DNA of 64,000 nt from Clostridia bacterium (GTDB lineage: Bacteria > Bacillota > Clostridia > Oscillospirales > CAG-382), in the NCBI GenBank assembly GCA_017537345.1, contig JAFYKY010000004.1, positions 43,126 through 107,125 on the forward strand. The letters run 5' to 3'. This document shows, piece by piece, positions 47,925 to 58,167 of this stretch; within the stretch, counting starts at the first letter, position 1; each line of letters opens with the position of its first letter. A program made the translations under genes and the position numbers. The notes beneath the pieces are model-generated. The model was not told the origin of the DNA. It searched no databases and saw only the letters and a list, made by a program, of their open reading frames with translations.

Positions 47925-49184
47925 TTATTGTCCGATCAGCTTTAAATAATAATTGCAATAAGCGTCACCGTTGGAGGTGGATGCGGTTGCGAAGAGGATA
48001 ATATCGTCTACGCCCTCATTTTTAACCAGAGGTCGGATATCAATATTGATATGTCTGGGGTCGATAACGATGATCTTTCCGTAATGCTCGATAAGGAATG
48101 GAACGAATGCGTTACCGGAGGATTCCTTTATAACCAAAGCCACCTTGCTTTGATCGTTTTCGGGAACAACGATCTCCGCATAAGGCTGGTCGCCGATAAG
48201 GAAGCAGGAATAGGTTTCTATATAGGTATGTACGCAGGTATCGTACTGACCTTTTATGTTTTTCTCTGCATCATAGTATATCGTGTAGGTATGTTCCTTG
48301 CGGGGCATATACGCGTGGAGCGTATCATAGAAGGTGTTTACACGCTCGTCCTGCGCGTATATGTTGGTAAGACCGATAAAGGTGGTCGTAAGCACGCGGT
48401 CCTCAAAGGCGGAAAGGGGAGTGGGGGTAAGACCTACGGATTTTGCAAATTCGCAATATGTGTAATACGCCGCAAGCTGTGTCCAGTGGAAATCGCTCTT
48501 AAAAAACAGATATTCCCCTTTGTGCTTTTCGAAGGTACTGCGCAGATTAATATAATTCACGTCGCCGTACATAACGGATGCCATATCGTCCAGCACCTTG
48601 CCCTGATCGTTAAGCATTGCCTGAACGTAGGGGTTTTTAATATTTATGGAATTTGCGGGATGGTTGATGACAGTTATGCGGGTATCGGGAAAGGTCTTGG
48701 TGTATTTTACGTATGCGTCCGCATATCTTTGGGAAACGCGCTTGTTGAAATACGCTTGCGAATACGCCGCCCCGTCATACAGCAGATAACCGGAGGCAAT
48801 AAACTCTGCGTCCCCCGCATCGGTGAATATCTCTTCGGGTACGGATGATTCTTCGGGAGGGGTTGAGGATTCCTCGGGAGGAATGTACGTAGACTCTTCC
48901 AGAGGTTTACTGCTTTCCTCTGTAGGAGTGCTTATATCATCGCTTGTTTCAACAGATTCTTCATTTTCAACGTAAGAGTTTTCTTGTGACATATCATTTT
49001 CTTCGCTTTCGGTGGAGTTATTGCTCGGTTCACTTTCGGCTTCGGAATCCTCGGTCGATACCTGAGGAACGCTTGTATCTTTCGGGGGCGCAGTCGAAGA
49101 ATTTTCGTCTGCCGCTTCCACGCATCCAAACAACAAAGAAAATGCAAGCAGGAATATAACGGAAAACAGTATATGCTTTTTCAT
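47925..49184 (-). CDS. DHHW family lipoprotein, paralog of 23341-24567
   Basis: Lipobox LFGC. Acidic Ser/Glu/Pro/Thr linker. FKSDFHWTQLAAYYTYCEF motif. Collinear with the other copy. Confidence 0.7.
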   Translation of the reverse strand: MKKHILFSVIFLLAFSLLFGCVEAADENSSTAPPKDTSVPQVSTEDSEAESEPSNNSTESEENDMSQENSYVENEESVETSDDISTPTEESSKPLEESTYIPPEESSTPPEESSVPEEIFTDAGDAEFIASGYLLYDGAAYSQAYFNKRVSQRYADAYVKYTKTFPDTRITVINHPANSINIKNPYVQAMLNDQGKVLDDMASVMYGDVNYINLRSTFEKHKGEYLFFKSDFHWTQLAAYYTYCEFAKSVGLTPTPLSAFEDRVLTTTFIGLTNIYAQDERVNTFYDTLHAYMPRKEHTYTIYYDAEKNIKGQYDTCVHTYIETYSCFLIGDQPYAEIVVPENDQSKVALVIKESSGNAFVPFLIEHYGKIIVIDPRHINIDIRPLVKNEGVDDIILFATASTSNGDAYCNYYLKLIGQ

Positions 49185-49401
49185 ATTTTACGCCTCGCGT
49201 TCAAGTTTTTTATTTTTCTTGCAGACAGTGTAGCATATGCTTTTTGTATTGTCAATGTTAATAGCGCATATTATGCCGTTGCGCATTATATAAGGATGAT
49301 TTCTCATCCTAAAAAAGCGCAATAATACAACAGATTATTTTTATCTGTTGTTGTTTGGCAAAAAGTGTGTTATAATGTAGGCAATAAATTGAGGTGATAC
49401 T

Positions 49402-49800
49402 GTGAAAAACACAAAAGGATGGTTAATTATGTTTTTGATCTCTGTTTCGGTTTTCGGCTTGTTTTCCTGCGGTGGAAGTAACGGCAGTGCTTCCTATGAG
49501 CAGATATCCCAAAAAGAAGCCAAAGAAATTATGGATACCGTTTCCGATTATATTATTATCGATGCCCGCACGGAAGAGGAATTTGCCGAAGGGCATATCA
49601 AGGGCGCAATATTGATTCCCGAATACGAAATAGCCGAAAAGGCTCCCTCTCTGATTCCTCAAAAGGATGCGCTTATTCTCGTATATTGCCGCAGCGGCAG
49701 ACGAAGCAAAATCGCATCCGAGGAGCTTGTTAAGCTGGGGTATACCAACGTAAAAGAGTTCGGTGGAATAATAGATTGGCAGTACGAGATAGTTAAATAG
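49402..49800 (+). CDS. rhodanese-domain lipoprotein
   Basis: GTG start with GAGGTGA RBS. Lipobox LFSC. Rhodanese active-site loop YCRSGRRS. Confidence 0.7.
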   Translation: MKNTKGWLIMFLISVSVFGLFSCGGSNGSASYEQISQKEAKEIMDTVSDYIIIDARTEEEFAEGHIKGAILIPEYEIAEKAPSLIPQKDALILVYCRSGRRSKIASEELVKLGYTNVKEFGGIIDWQYEIVK

Positions 49801-49808
49801 AGGCTGAA

Positions 49809-50330
49809 ATGGTAATTGAAACTGAACGTCTTATACTAAGAGAATACACCCATAAGGATTTTGATGTTCTTTATGCTATTCTCTCCGACCCCGAAACAAT
49901 GAAGTATTATCCCAAGCCCTATGACGAAGCGGGCACTATGCGCTGGCTGAATTGGAGCCTTGATAATTACCGTAAATACGGCTTTGGTCTGTGGGCAATA
50001 GAGCTTAAGGAAAACGGCGAATTTATCGGGGATTGCGGTATTACTATGCAGAATATCGACGGAGACACCCTTCCCGAAATAGGATATCATATACACAAAG
50101 ACCATTGGCGCAAAGGATATGCAAAGGAAGCCTGCGCCGCGGTAAAGGAATGGTTTTTCAAAAATACGGATTACGACAGTGTGTATTCCTATATGAACAG
50201 TGAAAACGTTGCGTCCTGCGCTACGGCGGCATCCAACGGTATGACAAAAATAAAGGAATATACGGATGGCGAAGAAAATCTATGCGTGTATACCATCACC
50301 CGCAAGGAATGGGAAACCGTTAAAGATTGA
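49809..50330 (+). CDS. GNAT family N-acetyltransferase (RimJ/RimL-like)
   Basis: ETERLILREY N-terminus typical of the RimJ-like family. HIHKDHWRKGYAKEA acetyl-CoA motif. Confidence 0.7.
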   Translation: MVIETERLILREYTHKDFDVLYAILSDPETMKYYPKPYDEAGTMRWLNWSLDNYRKYGFGLWAIELKENGEFIGDCGITMQNIDGDTLPEIGYHIHKDHWRKGYAKEACAAVKEWFFKNTDYDSVYSYMNSENVASCATAASNGMTKIKEYTDGEENLCVYTITRKEWETVKD

Positions 50331-50340
50331 GGATATATTA

Positions 50341-50847
50341 ATGAACAGATTGTTTTTGGTAAGACCGTCAACAGAATACGAGCAGCAGGTTATGGCGTAT
50401 AAGGACGAAATGCTGCAAAACGGCGATAGCTTCGACGGTTGCGCGGGACTTGATGAGGTCGGTTCATATACGGATTGGATGGATTTTGAAAACAGATTAA
50501 AGAAAAAAGGCTGGGTGCCTTCAGCGGTGTTTCTCGCTGTCAGAGCAGAAGATAACAAGGTGGTCGGAGTTATTGATTATCGGCGTCCGTTAACGCCGTT
50601 TTTACTGCAGTACGGCGGGAATATCGGCTACAGCATTCTGCCAAGCGAGCGTAAAAAAGGATACGCAACGGAAATGCTGGCGCTTTTGTTGCCGATATGC
50701 AAGGAATACGGCGAAGAAAAGGTGCTTCTCACCTGCAACAAAGCGAATCAGGCGTCCAAACGCGCCATTATCAAAAACGGCGGCGTGTTGGAAAACGAGG
50801 TTTGCGGCGAACACGGCGTTATTGAACGCTATTGGATAAAACTGTAA
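50341..50847 (+). CDS. GNAT-like acetyltransferase
   Basis: GNIGYSILPSERKKGYATEML motif A-like segment. Confidence 0.5.
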   Translation: MNRLFLVRPSTEYEQQVMAYKDEMLQNGDSFDGCAGLDEVGSYTDWMDFENRLKKKGWVPSAVFLAVRAEDNKVVGVIDYRRPLTPFLLQYGGNIGYSILPSERKKGYATEMLALLLPICKEYGEEKVLLTCNKANQASKRAIIKNGGVLENEVCGEHGVIERYWIKL

Positions 50848-50873
50848 TCAAGCAATCAAGGGGATGATATAAA

Positions 50874-51674
50874 ATGAAACCGTCTGTTCTGATCACGGGC
50901 GCATACGGCGGTATGGGGTCTGCCACGGCGAAGCTGCTGGCAAAAAGCGGATACCGCGTTTTTGCTCTGGATAAGACCGTGGGCGAAGCCGAAGAAAATA
51001 TTATACCCATAAAAGCGGATATCACCGATGAAAACAGCGTTTCAGACGCATTCCGCGCCGTAGTAGAGCAGACGGAGAGTCTGTTTGCCATTATTCATTT
51101 TGCGGGGATATATATGCTGGATTCCCTTGTGGAGATGGAAAACGCGGATTTTGAAAGGATATTTAAAATAAATCTGGGCGGAGTATTTCTTGTAAACAAG
51201 CATTTTATTCCCCTTCTTGAAAGCGGCTCCCGTATTCTTATCACCACCAGCGAGCTTGCGCCCCTTGACCCCCTTCCTTTTACGGGTGTTTACGCAGTCA
51301 CCAAGGGCGCTCTGGATAAGTATGCCTATTCTCTTGGGATGGAACTGCAGTTAAAGAATATAAAGGTAAGCGTTCTCCGCGCAGGGGCGGTGTCCACGGG
51401 TATGCTGGGCGTTTCTACCGATGCGCTGGACCGTTTCTGCCAAAAGACCGCCCTTTATTCCTGCAATGCCAATCGGTTTAAAAGAATAGTTGACAGCGTG
51501 GAGGCAAAAAGCGTGGCGCCTTCCCGTATTGCAGATAAGGTGAATAAGATACTCCGTAAGCGAAGCCCCCGCTTTGCGTACGGTATCAACCGAAATCCGC
51601 TTTTACTTATGTTAAACGCCCTGCCGAAGAGAATACAGCTGTTTATAATAAAACGGGTACTTAAAACCCGATAA
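50874..51674 (+). CDS. SDR family oxidoreductase
   Basis: TGAYGGMGSATAKLL Rossmann motif. YAVTK catalytic YxxxK. Confidence 0.75.
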   Translation: MKPSVLITGAYGGMGSATAKLLAKSGYRVFALDKTVGEAEENIIPIKADITDENSVSDAFRAVVEQTESLFAIIHFAGIYMLDSLVEMENADFERIFKINLGGVFLVNKHFIPLLESGSRILITTSELAPLDPLPFTGVYAVTKGALDKYAYSLGMELQLKNIKVSVLRAGAVSTGMLGVSTDALDRFCQKTALYSCNANRFKRIVDSVEAKSVAPSRIADKVNKILRKRSPRFAYGINRNPLLLMLNALPKRIQLFIIKRVLKTR

Positions 51675-51690
51675 AACGGAAGAAAAAAAG

Positions 51691-52290
51691 ATGACGGATA
51701 ACGAAAACACCTGGGATAAGCTTTTACATATAAAAACAAGCGGCAGGGACGATACGAATTCCGATAATTACCGCTACCCCTACGAGCCAACGCCCTATTC
51801 GGTTCTGGAACGTCTGGCAAACTGCGGTCTTATCCGCAAAGGGGATACGGTTCTGGATTACGGATGCGGAAAAGGCAGAGTGTCCTTTTTCCTGTCCTAT
51901 CAGACGAAAGCAAAGACTATAGGTATCGAATACGACGAGCGGATTTACACCCGCGCTATGGAAAACCAAAAGACCGCGCGGTCAAAAGCAGACTTCGTCT
52001 TCGGACGGGCAGAGGAGCTTGAAATTCCTGCGGAAGTAAACGTATGCTATTTCTTCAACCCCTTTTCCGTGGAGATACTTAAATCGGTTTTGGCAAGAAT
52101 TACGGAATCCTATTACGAATCCCCAAGGGAAATACTTTTGTTTTTCTATTATCCGTCGGATGAATATATGTGCTGTCTTGCCGCGGCGGATGAATTTGAA
52201 TTTTACGATGAGATCGACTGCACAGACCTTTTTAGCGGAAACGACCGCCGCGAACGTATAATGATCTTCCGCCTGCCGATGATGGAATAA
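51691..52290 (+). CDS. class I SAM-dependent methyltransferase
   Basis: VLDYGCGKGRVSFFL motif I. Confidence 0.6.
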   Translation: MTDNENTWDKLLHIKTSGRDDTNSDNYRYPYEPTPYSVLERLANCGLIRKGDTVLDYGCGKGRVSFFLSYQTKAKTIGIEYDERIYTRAMENQKTARSKADFVFGRAEELEIPAEVNVCYFFNPFSVEILKSVLARITESYYESPREILLFFYYPSDEYMCCLAAADEFEFYDEIDCTDLFSGNDRRERIMIFRLPMME

Positions 52291-52311
52291 TAAAAAGAAA
52301 GGAAAATCAAA

Positions 52312-52641
52312 ATGATAACATTCGATCAATTCAAGCAACTTATGTCTTTTGAAACGGAAGGAAAGTACTGCATCGAAATTGCCTTTTCGGTAAAGGATCA
52401 GGGGAAATTCAGCTCTTGCTGGATGGGCAAAACGCCCGAAGAGGAGTCCAAAGCGGATTCATATTGGTTCGGGCTTACAGCGGATGGCAACAACGCGTTC
52501 GAATATCGGACATTTGAAGAGTTTGTATCCGCAAAAGTGTTTGAAGGAAGATCGCTTTTTGAAATTTGGGATAAAGTTGCCGTATCGGAAATTAACGGTT
52601 GCGATCCCGAAGAGCAAATTCTGCATTATATCGGGAAGTAA
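52312..52641 (+). CDS. hypothetical small cytoplasmic protein
   Basis: 109 aa with an AAAGGAAA-like RBS. No motif recognised. Confidence 0.35.
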   Translation: MITFDQFKQLMSFETEGKYCIEIAFSVKDQGKFSSCWMGKTPEEESKADSYWFGLTADGNNAFEYRTFEEFVSAKVFEGRSLFEIWDKVAVSEINGCDPEEQILHYIGK

Positions 52642-52774
52642 CATATTTATATAAAAATCAAAGCAATAATCGTGAGCAGCTTTGAATTTTCAAGAACAGC
52701 AGACAATTTTTATCCGAGATTCGAAAACGAAAAGTCTGTCCTTTGCGGGACAGACTTTTTTGTCGGTGTTGTTT

Positions 52775-54535
52775 TTATTTGCTTGTTTCTGCGATAAACG
52801 TTTCTATCTGGTCGGTAATGGTCTTTAAGCTTTCTCTCCAGAATTCGGGGCGGGTAAGGTCTATTCCCGCAATAGCCGCTACGTTTTCTACAGTATCAAC
52901 CGTTGTGGCGCGGAGCAGCTCACGGTATTTGGGCAGGAAGGATTCTCCCTCTTCAAGATACTTTGCGTAAAGTCCGCGGGAGAAAAGTCCGCCGAAAGCG
53001 TAGGGGAAGTTATAATAGCTCAATCCCGCGCTGTAGTAGTGGCTCTTACAGCACCACATATAAGGATGCAGACAATCGGGGTCCAGCCCGTCGCCGTAGG
53101 CTTCCTTCTGGGCGTTTATCATTATTTTTTCCAGCTCGTCTGCATAAAGGAAGGTATCCTTTCTGCGGCGGATAACCTCGTCCTCAAACAAGAAGCGGGA
53201 GTAAATATCCACGATTATTTGGGTGGAATCCTGAATCTGGCTTTCTATAAGCCGTATCTTTTCTTCGCCGGTTGCTTTGCTTATGGCGTCGTTAACTATA
53301 ATAAGCTCGTTGAAATTGGATGCGGTTTCCGCGACGGGCATAGTGTAGCCGGTGTTGAGAGGGCGGTGAGATTGTATCTGCTGTCCGTGGTATGCGTGTC
53401 CCAGCTCGTGAGCCAGCGTTACCACCGAACCGAAGCTGCCTGAAAAGTTCGTAAGAATTCGGCTCTGTCCCACAAAGGGCAGGTTGGAGCAGAACGCGCC
53501 GCCCACCTTGCCTGCGCGGGGATAAAAATCTATCCATTCTTCCTTAAACGCCGTGTCAACCATTTCCGCAAGGTCGGGCGCAAAGGAGGCGAAATGCTCT
53601 ACCAGATATTCGTGAGCGTATTCCGCGGTAAAGCTTTCGCTTCCCGCCTTGCCCATAGGCGCAAGTATTTCGTACCAGGGAAGTCCGTTTTCGTAGCCCA
53701 GAAGGGTTGCCTTGTGGCGCAGATATTTTCTGAAATCGGGCATAGCCTCACGCATCGCCTCAAGCATAGCGTCAAGAGTGGCTTTCTTCATACGGGCTCT
53801 GTCCAGCGTCATAGCCAGAGGATCCTCGTAACCGCGAAGCTCTGCTTCAAGGTTTACCTGTGCTTTTATGCTGTTAAGAGAAAACGCAACGGAATCCTTT
53901 ATACTGTCATAGCAGGCAAGCTCTGCTTCAAACGCCGCTTTTCTTACCTGCGCATCCTCGCTGTCCGCAAGTCCGCGGATAAAGGGAAGGGAGGTGGTCT
54001 CGCCGTTGTAATCTACCTTAACCTTTGAGGTAAGATAAGAGAACAGATCGCCCCAGGCTCTGCCGCCGGATATGTTCATTCTGGCAAAAAGCGCTTCCGC
54101 TTCGTCGCTCATCATGTGGGACATATCGTTCTTTATCTCTTCAAAATAAAATTTATATTGGGAAAGAAGCCCGTCGGATCCGATCACGTCTTCCAAATTC
54201 TCAAGTGTTCCCGCAAACTTTTCAAACTTTACGTTGTCCTTGGTGGCGGAAGCCAGCATAGCGGATATCTTGGTCTGGTAAGAAGCGCCTGCCGAATCGG
54301 AGCTGTCAACAGAACGGCGAAGGCTGAAATACCCCGCAAGACCGCGCACCAGAACCGTAAGCTCTTCTTTAACCTCTATAACGCGGCGGAGAGATGCGGC
54401 GGCGTCGTTTTTGTCAAGCGCCTCCACGGCTTTGTTAAGAAGCCCCAAAAGCTCTTCAAGCCGCTTCATATCCGCTTCAAGCTTGGGGTCATCAATACCT
54501 CGGTAAAGTACGTTAAGGGACCAGTTGTTATACAT
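52775..54535 (-). CDS. pepF: M3B family oligoendopeptidase F
   Basis: HELGHAYH zinc motif with a downstream E. 586 aa. Confidence 0.8.
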   Translation of the reverse strand: MYNNWSLNVLYRGIDDPKLEADMKRLEELLGLLNKAVEALDKNDAAASLRRVIEVKEELTVLVRGLAGYFSLRRSVDSSDSAGASYQTKISAMLASATKDNVKFEKFAGTLENLEDVIGSDGLLSQYKFYFEEIKNDMSHMMSDEAEALFARMNISGGRAWGDLFSYLTSKVKVDYNGETTSLPFIRGLADSEDAQVRKAAFEAELACYDSIKDSVAFSLNSIKAQVNLEAELRGYEDPLAMTLDRARMKKATLDAMLEAMREAMPDFRKYLRHKATLLGYENGLPWYEILAPMGKAGSESFTAEYAHEYLVEHFASFAPDLAEMVDTAFKEEWIDFYPRAGKVGGAFCSNLPFVGQSRILTNFSGSFGSVVTLAHELGHAYHGQQIQSHRPLNTGYTMPVAETASNFNELIIVNDAISKATGEEKIRLIESQIQDSTQIIVDIYSRFLFEDEVIRRRKDTFLYADELEKIMINAQKEAYGDGLDPDCLHPYMWCCKSHYYSAGLSYYNFPYAFGGLFSRGLYAKYLEEGESFLPKYRELLRATTVDTVENVAAIAGIDLTRPEFWRESLKTITDQIETFIAETSK

Positions 54536-54673
54536 ATCTGTTTTCTCCTTCGTGTTGAAATTTTTTACTTCGGTATATTATATCATCAATCTCTGCCGTT
54601 TTCAAGAGCGTGCTTGTAAACGGATTTTTAATATGATATAATAAAACGATATCAGCAGACAAGAGGTGCTATA

Positions 54674-55186
54674 ATGGAAAAAGGACGCATTATATTTTTA
54701 AACGGTGTGACCAGCGCGGGCAAAACTTCTATCGTCAAAGCTTTTCAAGCGCGTGCAGATAAGTTCTATTATGCCTTGAGTAACGATCTGTTTCAGGAAA
54801 CGGTGGGGCTCAAGTACCTGCATGAGGATTATTGGCAGCATATTTGCGATGCGGTCATTATGCTGTACCACACTGCAAAGCTGTTTTCGGATATGGGCAA
54901 AAACGTTATTATTGACGGTATATTGATCGAAAGGGAAGAGATATCCCCTCATTACAATCAAATGCGGGAGATTTTAAAGGATAATCCCCTTGATATCGTT
55001 GAGGTGTATTGTCCGCTGGATATTTGCAAGCAAAGAAACATTGCCAGAGGCGACAGGTACGAAACACAATCCGAGGATCAAGCCGCATGGATGGCTGATA
55101 ACATTGAGTATAAGCTCAGCGTGGATACGAGTCTGCACAGCTCGGAAGAGTGCGCGGATACGATCATAAAAACACTGCTTGGATAA
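54674..55186 (+). CDS. P-loop kinase of the chloramphenicol phosphotransferase-like (CPT) family
   Basis: IIFLNGVTSAGKTS P-loop at the N-terminus. About 170 aa, typical of the CPT/AAA_33 family. GAGGTG RBS. Confidence 0.5.
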   Translation: MEKGRIIFLNGVTSAGKTSIVKAFQARADKFYYALSNDLFQETVGLKYLHEDYWQHICDAVIMLYHTAKLFSDMGKNVIIDGILIEREEISPHYNQMREILKDNPLDIVEVYCPLDICKQRNIARGDRYETQSEDQAAWMADNIEYKLSVDTSLHSSEECADTIIKTLLG

Positions 55187-55191
55187 CGTAT

Positions 55192-55578
55192 ATGACAAAA
55201 CAGGAATTTTTAAACCATTGCCTTGATACCTACGGCACCAAAGCCGATTACCCCTTTGAAGAGGATTTCGAAACCGCGGTTCTGCGCCACAAGGACAACC
55301 GCAAATGGTACGCTATCGTAATGAATATTTCCCGCCGCAAGCTCGGTTTGGACAGTGATGAAAAGACGTACGCGGTAAACGTAAAGCTCCCCTTCGTGCT
55401 TATGGGGGCTTACGATCCGGAGGACGGCGTGTACCCCGCTTATCATATGAACAAAAACCATTGGGTCTCCGTTCTCTTAGCCGATGCTTCCGAAGAATTG
55501 ATAAAATATCTGGTAAACGTAAGCTTTGATTTAACAAAGTCCAAGCAAAAAAAGAAACTGGAAAATCAAGGACTGTAA
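55192..55578 (+). CDS. MmcQ/YjbR family DNA-binding protein
   Basis: KQEFLNHCLDTYGTKADYPFEEDFETAVLRHKDNRKWYAIV resembles the YjbR N-terminus. Confidence 0.55.
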   Translation: MTKQEFLNHCLDTYGTKADYPFEEDFETAVLRHKDNRKWYAIVMNISRRKLGLDSDEKTYAVNVKLPFVLMGAYDPEDGVYPAYHMNKNHWVSVLLADASEELIKYLVNVSFDLTKSKQKKKLENQGL

Positions 55579-55656
55579 CAGTATGTTGCTAAAAGCTGTC
55601 GCAAAACGCGTATTTAAGCGCCGTCGAAAGCACGCAACGCAATGCGCTGCACGATA

Positions 55657-55693
55657 AAAGCCGATACGGAACTGATTCCGTATCGGCTTTTTG
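55657..55693. terminator. bidirectional terminator
   Basis: AGCCGATACGGA-ACTG-ATTCCGTATCGGCT followed by TTTTT. Confidence 0.65.
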
Positions 55694-55723
55694 TTGTTAT
55701 TTAACTGTTTGGCTTCGGTATAT

Positions 55724-56545
55724 TTATATTTCTTCGATTATGCTTTCGAAATACTCTTTTGCGAAAAGAATATCTCTTATCTGCTCTTCACCGGAAATTT
55801 CACGTTCGATAATAATGTTTCCGTTAAATCCGATAGAAGCAAGAGTGGTGAGGAGCGCCTTGAAGTCTACCTTACCGTCACCGATCTTCTTTTCTGCGCC
55901 AAGCTCGCTTCCGTTGGTGGGGTAAACGCCGTCCTTGCCGTGAAGCTCCATAACGTATTTACCGAACACGTCCAGCGCGTCCACGGGGTTTGCTTTACCG
56001 TACATTATAAGGTTTGCGGGGTCAAGATTTATTCCCAGATTACCCGTGCCAACGGCTTCGATGGTGCGGAGCAGAGTTATGGGAGTTTCCTGACCGGTTT
56101 CAAAGAGAAGTTCCTGACCGTTTGCAAGACAGTATTCTGCAACTTCCTTTATGGCGGAAACTACCTCGGGGAAAAGGCTGTCCGTAAAGTTTTCGGGCAA
56201 AAATCCCATGTGGGTAATAATTCTTTTAACGCCCAGCGCCTTTGCAAAATCAGAGCCTACCTTCAGATCGTAAATACGGTCTGCTCTGTAAGCTTCGGGA
56301 ACAAGACCCAGAGTAATGGGACCTTCCGTGAAATTCCACGCTGCGGGGCCGGACCATCCGCGCCATACTGCTGATATCTCAATACCTTGCTTTTCTGCCT
56401 CAGCCTTAACGTCAAGAGCAAGCTCTTCCGTAAGCTCTGCAGAGTTGTTCCAAGTGTTGAACTGACAAACACCGATACCTAATTCACGAAGCTTTTTGAA
56501 TTCTTCTTTGTAGCTGTTAAGGGGAACGATAACACCGATCTTCAT
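55724..56545 (-). CDS. sugar phosphate isomerase/epimerase (xylose isomerase-like TIM barrel)
   Basis: 273 aa with alternating beta-alpha pattern. RIITHMGF and LLFETGQE metal-site-like motifs. Confidence 0.65.
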   Translation of the reverse strand: MKIGVIVPLNSYKEEFKKLRELGIGVCQFNTWNNSAELTEELALDVKAEAEKQGIEISAVWRGWSGPAAWNFTEGPITLGLVPEAYRADRIYDLKVGSDFAKALGVKRIITHMGFLPENFTDSLFPEVVSAIKEVAEYCLANGQELLFETGQETPITLLRTIEAVGTGNLGINLDPANLIMYGKANPVDALDVFGKYVMELHGKDGVYPTNGSELGAEKKIGDGKVDFKALLTTLASIGFNGNIIIEREISGEEQIRDILFAKEYFESIIEEI

Positions 56546-56733
56546 AATTTTTTCTCACTTTGTATAATTTAATTTTGGTAATTTGATATTATCATTTTTC
56601 GGGCAAAATGTCAATGAGATATGTGATCAATTCAAATTAAAAAATCGGGCAAAGCAAAGGCAACAGCGCGTTGCTTGTTATTTTCACCGTGACCTGCTAT
56701 AATAAAATCACAAAAAACAAAGGCGGTGGCGCT

Positions 56734-57396
56734 ATGGAAACAAAAGATATTATCCTTGATCTCAGAACAAAAAACGGTCTTTCCCAGGACGAGCTTGCGG
56801 AAAAGGTGTTCGTTACACGTCAGGCGGTTTCCCGTTGGGAAAACGGCGAAACGGTACCCAACACCGAAACGTTAAAACTTCTCTCGAGGCTCTTTGACGT
56901 TACTATCAATACGCTTCTCGGTTCTCCGCTTAAACTTATCTGTGAGTGCTGCGGTATGATAATGAAGGACACCGACATCGGCCACGAAAAGGATGGCGCT
57001 TTCAATGAAAAATATTGCAAATGGTGCTATTCCAAAGGAGATTTCACAATGGATTTTTGGAAGCAGTATATAAATCTCGGCGGCAGTGAAAAGTTCGAGG
57101 AATTCAAAAATCAGCTTATCCACGAATTCAACACCCTGCTTCATATCGAGGGACTGCCCAAGGTCGAAAGCCTTAACGTGCTGTCGGGAAGCTTTATCAA
57201 TCTTGAATACACGCTCCCCAACGGACAAAAAGTCAAATTCCTTGACGATAACGCGACCTATCTCGGAAACCAGCTTGAATGTGAATTCGGCGGCGACCGA
57301 TGCTTCGGCATAGCCGCCAATATGGATTTTCTCTTGGTCTGCACCTACGAACAAAACGGCGAAAATCCCGAACTTGTTGTTTACAAGAAACGCTGA
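56734..57396 (+). CDS. XRE-family HTH regulator with C-terminal Cys-rich zinc-ribbon-like domain
   Basis: LRTKNGLSQDELAEKVFVTRQAVSRWENGETVPNTETLKLLSRLF. Then CECCGMIMKD...YCKWCY. Confidence 0.6.
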   Translation: METKDIILDLRTKNGLSQDELAEKVFVTRQAVSRWENGETVPNTETLKLLSRLFDVTINTLLGSPLKLICECCGMIMKDTDIGHEKDGAFNEKYCKWCYSKGDFTMDFWKQYINLGGSEKFEEFKNQLIHEFNTLLHIEGLPKVESLNVLSGSFINLEYTLPNGQKVKFLDDNATYLGNQLECEFGGDRCFGIAANMDFLLVCTYEQNGENPELVVYKKR

Positions 57397-57469
57397 TGTG
57401 ACGGATAGTATCGTGACTTAACCGATAATATATGTTATAATGGCAGCGTATAGATATGGAGGAACCATT

Positions 57470-58075
57470 ATGACATTTGGCGAAAAATTAAAAAAGTTAA
57501 GGACCGACAGCGGTTTAACGCAATACGAGCTTGCGGAAAAGATTTATGTCACACGCACGGCTATATCAAAATGGGAATCGGACAGAGGCTATCCCAACGT
57601 AGATTCGTTAAAAGCAATTTCTAAATACTTTTCGGTATCTGTCGATGAACTTCTCTCCTCGGACGAGGTGCTGACCATAGCCGAGGAAGACAGCAAGCAA
57701 ATAGAAACCCGATTCAGAAGTTTGGTTTACGCCTTGCTTGATATCTGTATGGCGATGCTTCTTTTCCTGCCGTTCTTTGCAAAGGATGCGGATGGAACTA
57801 TCCAAAGCGTTTCGCTTATCGCCCTTGACAGTGTTCAGCCCTATTTGAAGGCGGCATATTTCGCCGTCGTTATCGGTACGTTTTTCTCGGGCGTTCTTGC
57901 GCTTGCCTTGCAAAATTGCGAGAAAGCATTTTTACAAAAAGGCAAAACCAACGTTTCGTTTATGCTGGGCACGGTATCGGTATTTGTATTTGTAATAAGC
58001 TCCCAGCCCTATGCCGCGGTGTTTGCGTTCGTATTATTGTTGATCAAGGCTTTGATGCTGATAAAACGCGGGTGA
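57470..58075 (+). CDS. XRE-family HTH regulator fused to multi-TM domain
   Basis: GGAGGAA RBS. LKKLRTDSGLTQYELAEKIYVTRTAISKWESDRGYPNVDSLKAISKYF. Then 4 TM helices. Confidence 0.6.
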   Translation: MTFGEKLKKLRTDSGLTQYELAEKIYVTRTAISKWESDRGYPNVDSLKAISKYFSVSVDELLSSDEVLTIAEEDSKQIETRFRSLVYALLDICMAMLLFLPFFAKDADGTIQSVSLIALDSVQPYLKAAYFAVVIGTFFSGVLALALQNCEKAFLQKGKTNVSFMLGTVSVFVFVISSQPYAAVFAFVLLLIKALMLIKRG

Positions 58076-58167
58076 CACCAAGCGTATCGCGCAGTGACGA
58101 CCCGTTTCTTGTCATTTTTTGCGCCTTCCTCTAAACTGTGTTTACAGAAAGGGAAGGATAAGAAACT

